NCBI GenBank assembly: GCA_946555455.1
Contig: CAMNSU010000001.1
Coordinates: forward strand, 112,690 to 176,689
Direction of reading: 5' to 3'
Length of the DNA stretch: 64,000 nt
Source of the DNA: an uncultured Clostridia bacterium
GTDB taxonomy: Bacteria; Bacillota; Clostridia; RUG12999
Made by a program: the position numbers and the translations under genes. Numbering within the stretch: position 1 is the stretch's first letter; the number at the start of each line of letters is the position of its first letter. Below the pieces are notes generated by a model. The model saw only the letters and a program-made list of their open reading frames with translations, was not told the DNA's origin and did no database searches. Positions 42,465-52,010 of the stretch are shown in pieces.

Positions 42465-45400
42465 TTATTTCAGCAACCGATAGACTGCAACAATCGCCTG
42501 TTCGCGCAAGGTGTTTTCCTTGGGTGCAAACGCGCCGTTTTCCATGCCGTTCAGCAGTCCCAATTCTTTTGCCTGCGCCACTGCCGTGCGCGCCCAATCT
42601 GAAATATCCGCTGCATCTGTGAAAGACGCATCGCCGCCCGCCGCACCGGCAGAAGCTGTTTTCAGTTCATATGCCCGCACCAGCATACATGCCATTTCTT
42701 CGCGGGTAACCGGTGCATTCGGGTTTGCGTTGCCGCCGCTGCCCTGCACCAATCCTTTTTCTTTCGCCGCTGCAAACACGCCGGCATACCAATCGTTTGC
42801 CGCAACATCAGCAAACTCGCCATGATATCCGGTCTGCGGCAAGCCCATTGCGCGCACCAGCAATGCCGTGAATTCCGCGCGGGTTGTGGTTTGTGACAAG
42901 CCCAGCGAATCCGCACTCACGCCGTTGACAATGCCATTTTCCACCATCTGAGCGATTTCCTGTCCTGCCCAGTGTCCTTGCAGTTCCGCTTTCATGCCGT
43001 CTGTCAGCTTTGACGTTGGCGTTGGAATAATGGAACCGCCCGCTCCGGGTGTACCCGCACCGCCGCCATGGCTGCCGCCGCCAATGCTGCCTCCGCCAAT
43101 GTTACTGCTGCCGCCACCGCCGTTACCGTGGCCGCCGTCCGGATTCACAGGACGCTGGCTCCCATCGCCGGGCTCCGGCAGTTTTGTATCGTCTCCCAAA
43201 AACGGCGTGCCGAAATAGATGTACGCACCCTCCTGTTGAAACGGAATATTTTCCACATTCGTGCCGTTTTCATCTGTATAGGTCACTTGCGTGATGTTTT
43301 TATCCGTATAAATCGCAATGTTTTTCCAAGTGCCGTCTCCGTTTTTCAGTCCGTCCGCCGCTGTGACATTGACAATATTTCCCTGCCACTGTACGCCCAA
43401 ATCCTTGATTTCGCCGTCCTGCACTTTGATTAAATATTTTTCGGCGGCGGTGTCCACAACGTTGTTGCCGCCGCGGAGAATTGCCTGATTATTTGCGGCT
43501 CCTTTTTTCTCCACCAACATCAAATCAGCGTCTGTTGTGTAGGTACCTGCCGCCCGCTGTACGTTATCGCCGCGGTTTGCATAATAGGTATAGTTTTCCG
43601 TGCTGCCGGTATCCTGATCCAGCACTGTCATTTGGAATGCATTGGCTGTTTCCTCCGGCACGTCCAGCGTGAGGTTCTGCGTTGTCACGCTCTTGCGTTC
43701 CCCTCCTTTGACAGGATAGAGCACGGTGTTAAACGTTGTTGCGCCGCTGAGTTTCTTTTCATAGGTCAAATATTTTGCGTCTACTTCCGTTCCGGCATTT
43801 GGCGCATACCAACCGTCCGTGAGCTGCGCTTTGTCGAAAGCGTGCGCTTGGTTCACGGGCGCCAAAATGAGGTTCGCGCCTTCAAAATGCGTTGTCGCGG
43901 TATTTGTCACCGGATCCAGCGTCAGTCCTGCGTTGGGCAGGAAATGCCAGTTTTGGTCATAGGTATTTTCTCTGCTGTTGTCCGGCTCCACATAGTCCGT
44001 CACAATGGCAAAACCGTTCTTTAAAAACAGAATATCGCGGTAGTTGGTGAAATTGCCGCCGACTGCGGAATTGTTTTTATAGTTCACGGTTTCCGCCCGC
44101 AGGAAGTTATACATGGTGTTAAACTCCCGATTTTCAGGGTGCATACTCCCCTGCTGTCCACCGTTTAAGTTGACAATGGGATTTCCGGCAGGGTCGCTGC
44201 CGCTGCCGCCCTGTCCGCCCTTTTGACTCACACCGTTGATTTCAATGGTGTTATGCGCACGGGTGGAATTCAAAAACAGGTTCATGGGAAGCGATGGGGT
44301 ATAGTTATGATACAGCGGGTCTACCAAGAAATGCTGTCCGTAGGCATAGAAATTCAGACCCAAATCATCATTTTGACCATGGGATTTCACGCCGCCGTCC
44401 GCGTTGATTTGCATGGCAATAGTATTGTTTGCGTTCATTCTGCCCCAATCGGAACGCAAAATCGCTTTTTGTCCAATGTCATAGACAATGGCGGTATATT
44501 CCGGTTTTTCTCCCTCCGCGCCGCCCGACGTTGCCCACATCAAATAGGGGTTTTTGGTGAGTTCATTCAGCGTGCCCCATTTGCCGGCATAGTTGCTGCC
44601 ATGTCCATAGGCGTGTCCCTGCTGCCAGTCGCCCCAAGTCGGCGTGCTGGCGTTCATCAGATACAACGCATATTTTTCCATGAATTCCAGTTCTGCCGCG
44701 CTGAACAGTTCCTTACCGTCCATGCCGACCATTTCCGCATTGTTAATGGAATTCAGGAAGGTACCCAAGTTGAGGTCGGCATAGCCCAGTCCCACCTCAA
44801 TGGAACTGCCGTCATCAAACAAATCTTTCATGACCTTATAGCCCAGACGGTGTTTTGCCGCCGCCAGCCAGCCGCCCTGCATAGACCCGGGCTTATTCGG
44901 GTCGGACAAACCGGTTGCCGGTTTGCCTGCATCGGCAAACTCCATGAAAGGAATCGTTAAGTTGAACAGTCCCTCCGCCTGCAGGGAACCGAAGTTATTC
45001 CCCTCCGAACTATTATTCCATTGTTTCACCAGATAGTCGTTTGTCATCCAAACGTTTTTTAGAATTGCCGTGAATACCTCCGGCGTCATATATTCGCTGG
45101 GCAGCAGCATATCAATCATTTCGGGATAGTATTTCGCCCGCTGTCCCAGATTGTGACAGCCGTCACAATTATAAATTGTGCCGATTGCCGCTTTTTGACG
45201 GACAATGGTGTTCATCAGCATACGGATTGCGTGATACGCATAGACCTCGCCGCCGCTTCTGCCCGTCTGTGTATAGTATAAATAGCATTTTGCAATGTTG
45301 GGCGCATACTGCCATTTGTTCATGTTGTCCGCCCAGGAAGGAATGGTGGTGCTCATGCTGGTCATGTGCGTCAAATGCGGCGCCATTTCGCCGTCATAGG

Positions 45401-46604
45401 AAAAGATATCAATGGTACGGTTCGACCAGTTGATTTCATTTTCCTTCCAGCCCAGTTCCTTGGATTCCCACAGCATAACGTCTTTGCTCACGCGTTCCTG
45501 CGGTGCGGCAGTGGGATTGTCGCTTTTCACCATTTTACCGTTTACCTTCAGCACCGCGCTGTCAATAGAATCTCCCGGTTTCAAATCGGAAAAATCAAAC
45601 AAAAGATAAGCGCGTTTGGTATACTCATCCGCTTCCGCCTGCGTGCCGATAGAACTATAGGATTCCTCCACGCGCAGCGTTTTTTCCGAACCATAGTTTT
45701 TCGTCCGGTTGCCGCCCGCCATAATGGTGGCGTCCGCAATGGGTCTGATGGTTCTGGTGTTGCCGTTGACCGTCAGTTCAATGCGCGGCCCTGTTTCGCC
45801 CGCTTCTCTGCTGTCGAACACAGCTTCATAGCCGTCTTTTTTCAGCGCAATGATGTTGAACGCTTTTTGCGTGGTGACAGCGCCGATTGCCGCTTCCACG
45901 TCTTTGCGCACATCTGCTTCAAAAACCTGTGTTTCCGCTGTCATGTTCCATTTTTCCACCGGTTCGCCATAGCCCCACAGTTTAATCAGGTTTTCAAAAG
46001 TTGCCTGTGCAACCAACCGTTTGCGTTTGTCGGAAACAGCGGCAAGACCGCGGCGGTGTGTTTTGAACGTATTGCGGTAGTATTCCAGAATTTCTTCCTT
46101 CGCCGCTTCATAGTCGCCGCGTTTGGCTGCCGCTTCCGTGGCTGCCAAATCAGAAGAATAGCTATAGTCAAAATAGGGTTGTTTCGTCCATGCGCTGCCG
46201 TCCCATACGCCGAAGAAATCTGCGTCCTGAATGACTTGCGGGTCTTGCATCAATTCGTCATATTGGTCGTATTGGTCAATGGTGGACTGAAAATATTCGT
46301 CCTGCGTCATTTCCTTCGTATCCGGCGCCACCAGCGAAGTCGCCTGAATTTGTTCCGCCACTTCCTGTGATTCCAATGTCATTTCTTCCTCCGATGCACC
46401 GTCTTCCTGCGGTAACACGCTGTTTTCCGTCTCCGGTTCCTGCGCAGCCGGCAGTGCCGCGTTTTCCAAAAGCTGCTGCATGGTCGTCTCCTGCTGCGCC
46501 TCCGGTGCGGGAGCAGTTTCCTGCTCCTGCGCACCGACAGCGCCCGCCGCGCTTACCATCATGCAACCGCTTAGCAATGCCGCTATCCATCTATGATTTT
46601 TCAT
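42465..46604 (-). CDS. SLH-anchored heparinase II/III-like (PL12-like) polysaccharide lyase with a DNRLRE/CBM96-like module
   Basis: Signal peptide; IADATI..NYGS..RAYLLFDFS; DDGSSIEVGLGY, LRSDW, HGQNDDLG, STRAHNTIEING, QNWHF; Gly-rich linker; three SLH (TTRAEF, VTREEMA, TLREQA). Confidence 0.8.
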   Translation of the reverse strand: MKNHRWIAALLSGCMMVSAAGAVGAQEQETAPAPEAQQETTMQQLLENAALPAAQEPETENSVLPQEDGASEEEMTLESQEVAEQIQATSLVAPDTKEMTQDEYFQSTIDQYDQYDELMQDPQVIQDADFFGVWDGSAWTKQPYFDYSYSSDLAATEAAAKRGDYEAAKEEILEYYRNTFKTHRRGLAAVSDKRKRLVAQATFENLIKLWGYGEPVEKWNMTAETQVFEADVRKDVEAAIGAVTTQKAFNIIALKKDGYEAVFDSREAGETGPRIELTVNGNTRTIRPIADATIMAGGNRTKNYGSEKTLRVEESYSSIGTQAEADEYTKRAYLLFDFSDLKPGDSIDSAVLKVNGKMVKSDNPTAAPQERVSKDVMLWESKELGWKENEINWSNRTIDIFSYDGEMAPHLTHMTSMSTTIPSWADNMNKWQYAPNIAKCYLYYTQTGRSGGEVYAYHAIRMLMNTIVRQKAAIGTIYNCDGCHNLGQRAKYYPEMIDMLLPSEYMTPEVFTAILKNVWMTNDYLVKQWNNSSEGNNFGSLQAEGLFNLTIPFMEFADAGKPATGLSDPNKPGSMQGGWLAAAKHRLGYKVMKDLFDDGSSIEVGLGYADLNLGTFLNSINNAEMVGMDGKELFSAAELEFMEKYALYLMNASTPTWGDWQQGHAYGHGSNYAGKWGTLNELTKNPYLMWATSGGAEGEKPEYTAIVYDIGQKAILRSDWGRMNANNTIAMQINADGGVKSHGQNDDLGLNFYAYGQHFLVDPLYHNYTPSLPMNLFLNSTRAHNTIEINGVSQKGGQGGSGSDPAGNPIVNLNGGQQGSMHPENREFNTMYNFLRAETVNYKNNSAVGGNFTNYRDILFLKNGFAIVTDYVEPDNSRENTYDQNWHFLPNAGLTLDPVTNTATTHFEGANLILAPVNQAHAFDKAQLTDGWYAPNAGTEVDAKYLTYEKKLSGATTFNTVLYPVKGGERKSVTTQNLTLDVPEETANAFQMTVLDQDTGSTENYTYYANRGDNVQRAAGTYTTDADLMLVEKKGAANNQAILRGGNNVVDTAAEKYLIKVQDGEIKDLGVQWQGNIVNVTAADGLKNGDGTWKNIAIYTDKNITQVTYTDENGTNVENIPFQQEGAYIYFGTPFLGDDTKLPEPGDGSQRPVNPDGGHGNGGGGSSNIGGGSIGGGSHGGGAGTPGAGGSIIPTPTSKLTDGMKAELQGHWAGQEIAQMVENGIVNGVSADSLGLSQTTTRAEFTALLVRAMGLPQTGYHGEFADVAANDWYAGVFAAAKEKGLVQGSGGNANPNAPVTREEMACMLVRAYELKTASAGAAGGDASFTDAADISDWARTAVAQAKELGLLNGMENGAFAPKENTLREQAIVAVYRLLK

Positions 46605-46617
46605 TGCTTTCCTCTCC

Positions 46618-49600
46618 TTATCTGCCTATCTTATCGAGCACCATGCAAATCACTTTTGCACCTTGTTCTCTTGTTGCAGTGTCTGCCGGCAGGAAATTGC
46701 CGTTTTCACCGTTTAAAATGCCCAGCGCTGCCAACTGCATAACCGCTTCCTGTGCATATGCGCTGATTTGTGCGCTATCGGCAAAAGTGACGTCCGCCGT
46801 ACCGTTCAAAATCTGCGCTCCGCTTTTCTCCAGCGCGCGGCATATCATGGTCGCCATATCTTCTCTGCTGACATATTCTCCTACGCCGAATTCCGTTTCG
46901 CTGATACCGCTGACAATGCCTGCCTGTGCCGCTGCCGCGATATAGGGGCTGTACCATTCGCCCGCCGCTACGTCGGCAAAATCTGTATTTTGTGTACTGG
47001 TGTCCAGTTTGAGCGCTGTAACCAGCAATTTCACAAGCTGCTCCCGCGTCAAATGACCTTCGGGGTCAAACGCGCCGCCACTGCCATTTACAATGCCTTG
47101 CTGCGCCAACCGTTCTATATAGGGATAAGACCAACGCTGCATTTCCACATCATAGAACCGCGTCTCTTGCGGCTGTGGCTGCGGACGAACCGTGTTTTCC
47201 GGCTGAATCACCGGCACCTGCATTCCTGCACCGCCGCTGCCGCCGGAGACGGAACCGCCGCCACCTCCACCGCCGCCGGGGCTCTGACCGGCAGCCGGTT
47301 TCGTTCCTTTGACCGTGTGGTATACCGTGACCGTTTCTGATTTATCACCGCTTCGGAAGGTTGCCGTCAGCGTCACATTTTGGTCATCGCTCTGCCGCGT
47401 TACATGCCCCTGCGCGTCCAGCGCCGCCGCGTTGTCGGACGACCATTCTATTGTACTGCCGAATTTTGTCGCCGTAGGCAGTACGATATCCGTCGTTACT
47501 ATTTTCGGATTGGTGTAGGTAAACGCTTTCACATCTGCCTGCACGCGTTCCTCGTCCGTTGGCATGGAATACAGTTCTATTTCATATATCTTCACAGGCA
47601 TTTCGTCCTGCTGCGTCATGCTAAGACGTACATAGCGTGCGCCGGTCAATGGGAAGCGAATTTCCTGTCCGAACGCCAAAGTATTCCACTGCGTCGCTTT
47701 TGTATAGTTTACATTATCGTTTGACACTTCCAAAACAGCGTTTCCGATATTGCCTTCCGCGTAAAGCACAGCATGTGTGAGCAATTTCTCACTGCCCAAG
47801 TCCAGTGTCACCGCCGCATTTTTCGCCGCCACAGTCCACGCGGTTTCATAGTTTTTGTCCGTCACTGCAACAATGCTGCCTTCCAGCGCCGCGACATTCG
47901 CAGAAGGACGCGCGTCTGCCGCCATGTTTTCCAGCAGGTCTCCCTCTGCCAAAACCGTGAACCGGAATGTCTTTTCCGCAGACAGTTCGCCGTTTTGGAA
48001 TTTCGCCGTCAGCGTCACAGGATGGTTTCTGCCTGCCGGACGCGTCACTACGCCTCCTGCCGACAGCACCGCCGCATCGCTGGTCGTCCAAGTCACCGTC
48101 GTCCCGTTCGGCAACGGTGAGGACGGCAGATTCAAGCTCTCTGTCAGCTTATCCGGCTCCTGCGCTGTTAATGCTTCATAGGTCACAAGCGCAACATCTT
48201 CCGTGAATCCAATCCGCGCGTCTCCTGTCCACAGGACAGTGAAATCAAAGGTCTTGGAAAGAGACAGTCCCGTCTCATCAATTTTCGCCGTGAGCCGTAC
48301 TGTTTTTTCTGCATCCTCCGGTCTTGTTATCGTTCCGTCTGTTCCTATCACGTCCGGCATATCGGATTCCCAATGAATGGGTACGCCGCAGGGCAATGCC
48401 GACGGAAGCGTGAGGTTTCCAGTTATCATTTCCGGTACTTGCTGCGTGAGGTCTGCCGCGCTCAATGCGCTGAATTCTGCCTCAATCTGCGCCGCATAGT
48501 CCGCGTCATATTCGTAGACTTTCATGCCTTTGGTAACGATATACGCGTCTTTGTCGCCTTCTTTTCCTTGATAACTCACCTGTACACCGCCGATACCGCT
48601 GCCATAGGACGGTTTATATGTTTTCTGGGAAGCAAGCTTGCCACCGCTGACATGCTGGAATGCCCCTGTCGCCGTGTCATAATAGATACCAATGGTTTCC
48701 TCTTTGCCATGCGTGTGGTTAATCTTTACTTCACTATCAATCCAGTTTCGACCGCTGCCATTGTTCGCCGCCAGTCCCAGCGTATTGCTGGAGCGGAAAA
48801 TGAACAAAGCTCCTTCGCCATTTGTGCTGTTTAGCACAATAACACGTGCTTCGCCTTTTTTCATATCCGCTTGCAGCGTCATTTCCACATAGTATTTTTT
48901 GCCCGGTTTGATTTTATCTACAAAATTCAGCCGCATATCGGGGCGGTTGTTACTTGGCACTTCATTGTTTGTCAGCTGACCGAACCGTACGCCGCCACCC
49001 TGCGCTGTAGAAGAAGAAACGCCGTCTGTAATCTGCGTAATCGCATAGGTGGACGCGCCGCGCGGGTCTTCCACTTTCACGTTTTCCACCAGTTTCCAAA
49101 TTGCCTTTTCGTCCGGTAAAACCGTGAAGGTGAAATCGCGCGTTTCTGTCGCTGCCGCCGCGCCCGCTTTGGTAAACGCCGCTTGCAGCGTCACTTGCTG
49201 CGCTTCCGTCTCCGGACGTGTCACCTTTCCGTTTGCCGCAATTGCCGTTCCGCTTTTCACGCTCCATGCCACGGTGGTACCACCTTGCAAGGGGCTGACC
49301 GGCAGATTCAAGCTCCATTGCACATGCTCTGCGTCCGGATTCGCGCCCAACAAATAGGCCTCCGTCACGCTTGCAATATCTTGCTGGAACCACTCTTCCG
49401 CCGGATTGCCGGATTCTTTTTTAACCGTGAAGGTAAAGGTTTTCTCCGTAGTATACGTATCGCCCGGACTGGTGAACACCGCTTTTAGCTGCACCGTCTG
49501 GTCTGCGCCGTCCGCTGCCGGACGCGTCACTTTCCCTTGATTGTTTATCCATTCGCCGCCGCTGACAACACTCCATACGACTTTCGTCCCTTTCGGCAGC

Positions 49601-51987
49601 GGTGAGGCGATCAACGTCAAATCGGAAACAACGTTCTGCGCATCGGTGTTCGTGCCCAGCAGCGACTGCTCTGTCACGCCCGCCACTTCCGCTTGAAATT
49701 CCGCTTCCGTTAAATCGCTGACGACCTGTTCTTCATATTCGTAGACTTTCAACCCTTTTACAATGATATAGGCGTTTTCATCACCTTCATTCCCCTGATA
49801 GCTGACCTGTACGCCGGAAATACCGGTGCCATAGGACGGTTTATATGCTTTCTCGGCTGCAATCGTTCTGCCACTGACAAACTGAAATGTATTTTGTACC
49901 GTGTCATAATAAATACCAATGGTTTCTTCGCTGCCGTGCGTGTGACTGATGGGTACTTCGCTTTGTACCCAATTTCGACCGCTTCCGTTATTCGCCGCCA
50001 GATTCAGCGTGTTCGATTTATTGAAGATGAACAGTGCTCCTTCGCCATTTGTGCTGTTTAGTACAACAACACGTGTTTCGCCCGCTTTCATATCCGCCTG
50101 CACAGTCATTTCCACATAGTATTTCTTGCCTGATTTGATTTTATCTGCAAAATTCAGCCGCATATCGGGACGGTTGTTGTCCGGCACCTGACTATTCGCC
50201 AGCTGTCCGAACCGCACGCCGCCGCCCTGCGCTGTGGCAGAGGATACGCCTTCCGTAATCTGCGTAATCGCATAAGTGGACGCGCCGCGCGGGTCTTCCA
50301 CTTTCACGTTTTCCACCAGTTTCCATTCCGCTGTTTCTTCCGGCAGAACGGTGAAGGTGAAATCGCGCGTTTCCGCCGCTGTCGACGCACCAAATTTGGT
50401 AAATGCCGCTTGCAGCGTCACTTGCTGCGCCGCGCTCGGGCGCGTCACGGTTCCGTCCGCCGCAATTGCCGTTCCGCTTTTCACGCTCCATGCCACGGTG
50501 GTACCGTTCGGGAGCGGGCTAATCGGCAGGTTCAAATCCCATTTCACATGTGCCGCGTCCGCGTTCGCGCCTAACAGATAGGCTTCCGTCACGATTGCCA
50601 AATCCTGCCGAAATTGCTCTTCTATCAATGCCGCATCTAATTTTAGAACGGTAAAGGTAAATGTTTTTTCTGCCGTATACGTGCCGCCCGGAGAAGCAAA
50701 CGTTGCTTTTAGCTGCACTTCTTGGTCTGCGCTGTCCGCTGCCGGACGCGTCACTTTTCCTTTGTTATCTATCCATTCACCGCCGCTGACAACTGACCAA
50801 GTCAGCCGCGTCCAATTTGGCAGCGGCGAGGCGGTCAACGTCAAATCTTCTGTGATATGCTGCGCGTCCGGATTGTCTCCCAACAAAGACACCTCTGTCA
50901 CGCTATTCACGTCCGCTTGAAATTCCGCTTCGTCCTCCACTTCTTCAAACGGCGCGCCCGCCAGACTGTCATATACCTCGAATTCCCAGATACTGGGGCC
51001 TTTTTCGCCCACTTCCACAATGCGGTAGCGGACATAAGCTGCTTTCACGCGGTCAAAGCTGATGTCATAGGTACGCATACTGCTGGGACAACTCTGCTGA
51101 TATTCTTTTTCCTGTACCGGCAGCTCCTGTCCGTCCTGTTTGACCGCTTTCCAGTTTTGCCCGTCATCTGATACTTCTATGATAAACTTGGTGACGCGCC
51201 CTTGGAATTCCTTAATCGTGACTTTATCAAACGCCGTCCGTTCCTCAAACCGAATGCCTGCCCATACGCCGGCGACCGCTCCGATTTCCAGTCCCCAGTT
51301 GGACGACCAGCGGGATTCGCCGGAAGTGCCGCCGTCATTCAATTTTGCTGCCGAAAAGCGTGCTTCTGTGGTAGACTTTTCCGGATCGGAAATACCTGTT
51401 CCTTTTGCCACTGCCAAATTGGTGTCCGCTGTGATAATGGATACGCAGTATACTTCAAATTCCCAGATGCTCGCGCCGGCTTTTTCTCCCACATTCACAA
51501 TATAGAGCCGGACAGCTTTTGCTTCCACCGCGTCAAATGTCACGGTATTGGCGACGGAATGCGCCGAATTCACTGTTTCTTTTGCCTCTTTTGTCTGATT
51601 CGCAAGCGCTGCGCCGTCCTTTTGCACCACGTTCCAGTTGCCTTCTGCGTCCATATATTCCACTTTATATTCCGTAATTCTGGAATCATATTCATAAAAA
51701 ACAATTTTATCTATTTTTGTCGGTACATCAAATTCCACGCCGCACCACTGACCAATATTGTTTGCCGCAACACTCCAGTCAGTCGTCCAACGCATATTGT
51801 TTGCGCCGGAGGTGATTCCATCATTTAGTTTTTCTTTGCCGTATCCCGAATTGAAGTCGCTTTTGGTAATCGCCGTTGCTCCTAATGCCAAATTCTCGTT
51901 CGCCGCGCTTCCTGCCTGCGGAACCGCTACAAGTCCAAGCGTCAGCATAAACGTCAATAGCAGTGCCCCTAACCGTTTCCTGTTCAT
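46618..51987 (-). CDS. Giant non-catalytic surface protein: F5/8 (CBM32-like) domains, Ig-like repeats, a duplicated unknown beta-domain, C-terminal SLH
   Basis: Signal peptide MNRKRLG; ENLALG..IWEFEVY twice; repeated LPxGTxVxWxS..GxVTRP..VTLTA modules; third discoidin; SLH LTREQL, VSREDMA, ATREQG. Confidence 0.82.
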   Translation of the reverse strand: MNRKRLGALLLTFMLTLGLVAVPQAGSAANENLALGATAITKSDFNSGYGKEKLNDGITSGANNMRWTTDWSVAANNIGQWCGVEFDVPTKIDKIVFYEYDSRITEYKVEYMDAEGNWNVVQKDGAALANQTKEAKETVNSAHSVANTVTFDAVEAKAVRLYIVNVGEKAGASIWEFEVYCVSIITADTNLAVAKGTGISDPEKSTTEARFSAAKLNDGGTSGESRWSSNWGLEIGAVAGVWAGIRFEERTAFDKVTIKEFQGRVTKFIIEVSDDGQNWKAVKQDGQELPVQEKEYQQSCPSSMRTYDISFDRVKAAYVRYRIVEVGEKGPSIWEFEVYDSLAGAPFEEVEDEAEFQADVNSVTEVSLLGDNPDAQHITEDLTLTASPLPNWTRLTWSVVSGGEWIDNKGKVTRPAADSADQEVQLKATFASPGGTYTAEKTFTFTVLKLDAALIEEQFRQDLAIVTEAYLLGANADAAHVKWDLNLPISPLPNGTTVAWSVKSGTAIAADGTVTRPSAAQQVTLQAAFTKFGASTAAETRDFTFTVLPEETAEWKLVENVKVEDPRGASTYAITQITEGVSSATAQGGGVRFGQLANSQVPDNNRPDMRLNFADKIKSGKKYYVEMTVQADMKAGETRVVVLNSTNGEGALFIFNKSNTLNLAANNGSGRNWVQSEVPISHTHGSEETIGIYYDTVQNTFQFVSGRTIAAEKAYKPSYGTGISGVQVSYQGNEGDENAYIIVKGLKVYEYEEQVVSDLTEAEFQAEVAGVTEQSLLGTNTDAQNVVSDLTLIASPLPKGTKVVWSVVSGGEWINNQGKVTRPAADGADQTVQLKAVFTSPGDTYTTEKTFTFTVKKESGNPAEEWFQQDIASVTEAYLLGANPDAEHVQWSLNLPVSPLQGGTTVAWSVKSGTAIAANGKVTRPETEAQQVTLQAAFTKAGAAAATETRDFTFTVLPDEKAIWKLVENVKVEDPRGASTYAITQITDGVSSSTAQGGGVRFGQLTNNEVPSNNRPDMRLNFVDKIKPGKKYYVEMTLQADMKKGEARVIVLNSTNGEGALFIFRSSNTLGLAANNGSGRNWIDSEVKINHTHGKEETIGIYYDTATGAFQHVSGGKLASQKTYKPSYGSGIGGVQVSYQGKEGDKDAYIVTKGMKVYEYDADYAAQIEAEFSALSAADLTQQVPEMITGNLTLPSALPCGVPIHWESDMPDVIGTDGTITRPEDAEKTVRLTAKIDETGLSLSKTFDFTVLWTGDARIGFTEDVALVTYEALTAQEPDKLTESLNLPSSPLPNGTTVTWTTSDAAVLSAGGVVTRPAGRNHPVTLTAKFQNGELSAEKTFRFTVLAEGDLLENMAADARPSANVAALEGSIVAVTDKNYETAWTVAAKNAAVTLDLGSEKLLTHAVLYAEGNIGNAVLEVSNDNVNYTKATQWNTLAFGQEIRFPLTGARYVRLSMTQQDEMPVKIYEIELYSMPTDEERVQADVKAFTYTNPKIVTTDIVLPTATKFGSTIEWSSDNAAALDAQGHVTRQSDDQNVTLTATFRSGDKSETVTVYHTVKGTKPAAGQSPGGGGGGGGSVSGGSGGAGMQVPVIQPENTVRPQPQPQETRFYDVEMQRWSYPYIERLAQQGIVNGSGGAFDPEGHLTREQLVKLLVTALKLDTSTQNTDFADVAAGEWYSPYIAAAAQAGIVSGISETEFGVGEYVSREDMATMICRALEKSGAQILNGTADVTFADSAQISAYAQEAVMQLAALGILNGENGNFLPADTATREQGAKVICMVLDKIGR
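48507..50931 (-). repeat. Intragenic tandem duplication of ~1.22 kb (about 408 aa)
   Basis: AAATTCCGCTTC at 50920 and 49696; CATATTCGTAGACTTTC at 49734 and 48507; near-identical peptide blocks. Confidence 0.92.
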
Positions 51988-52010
51988 TGTTTCCCCATCC
52001 TTTCTACGCG

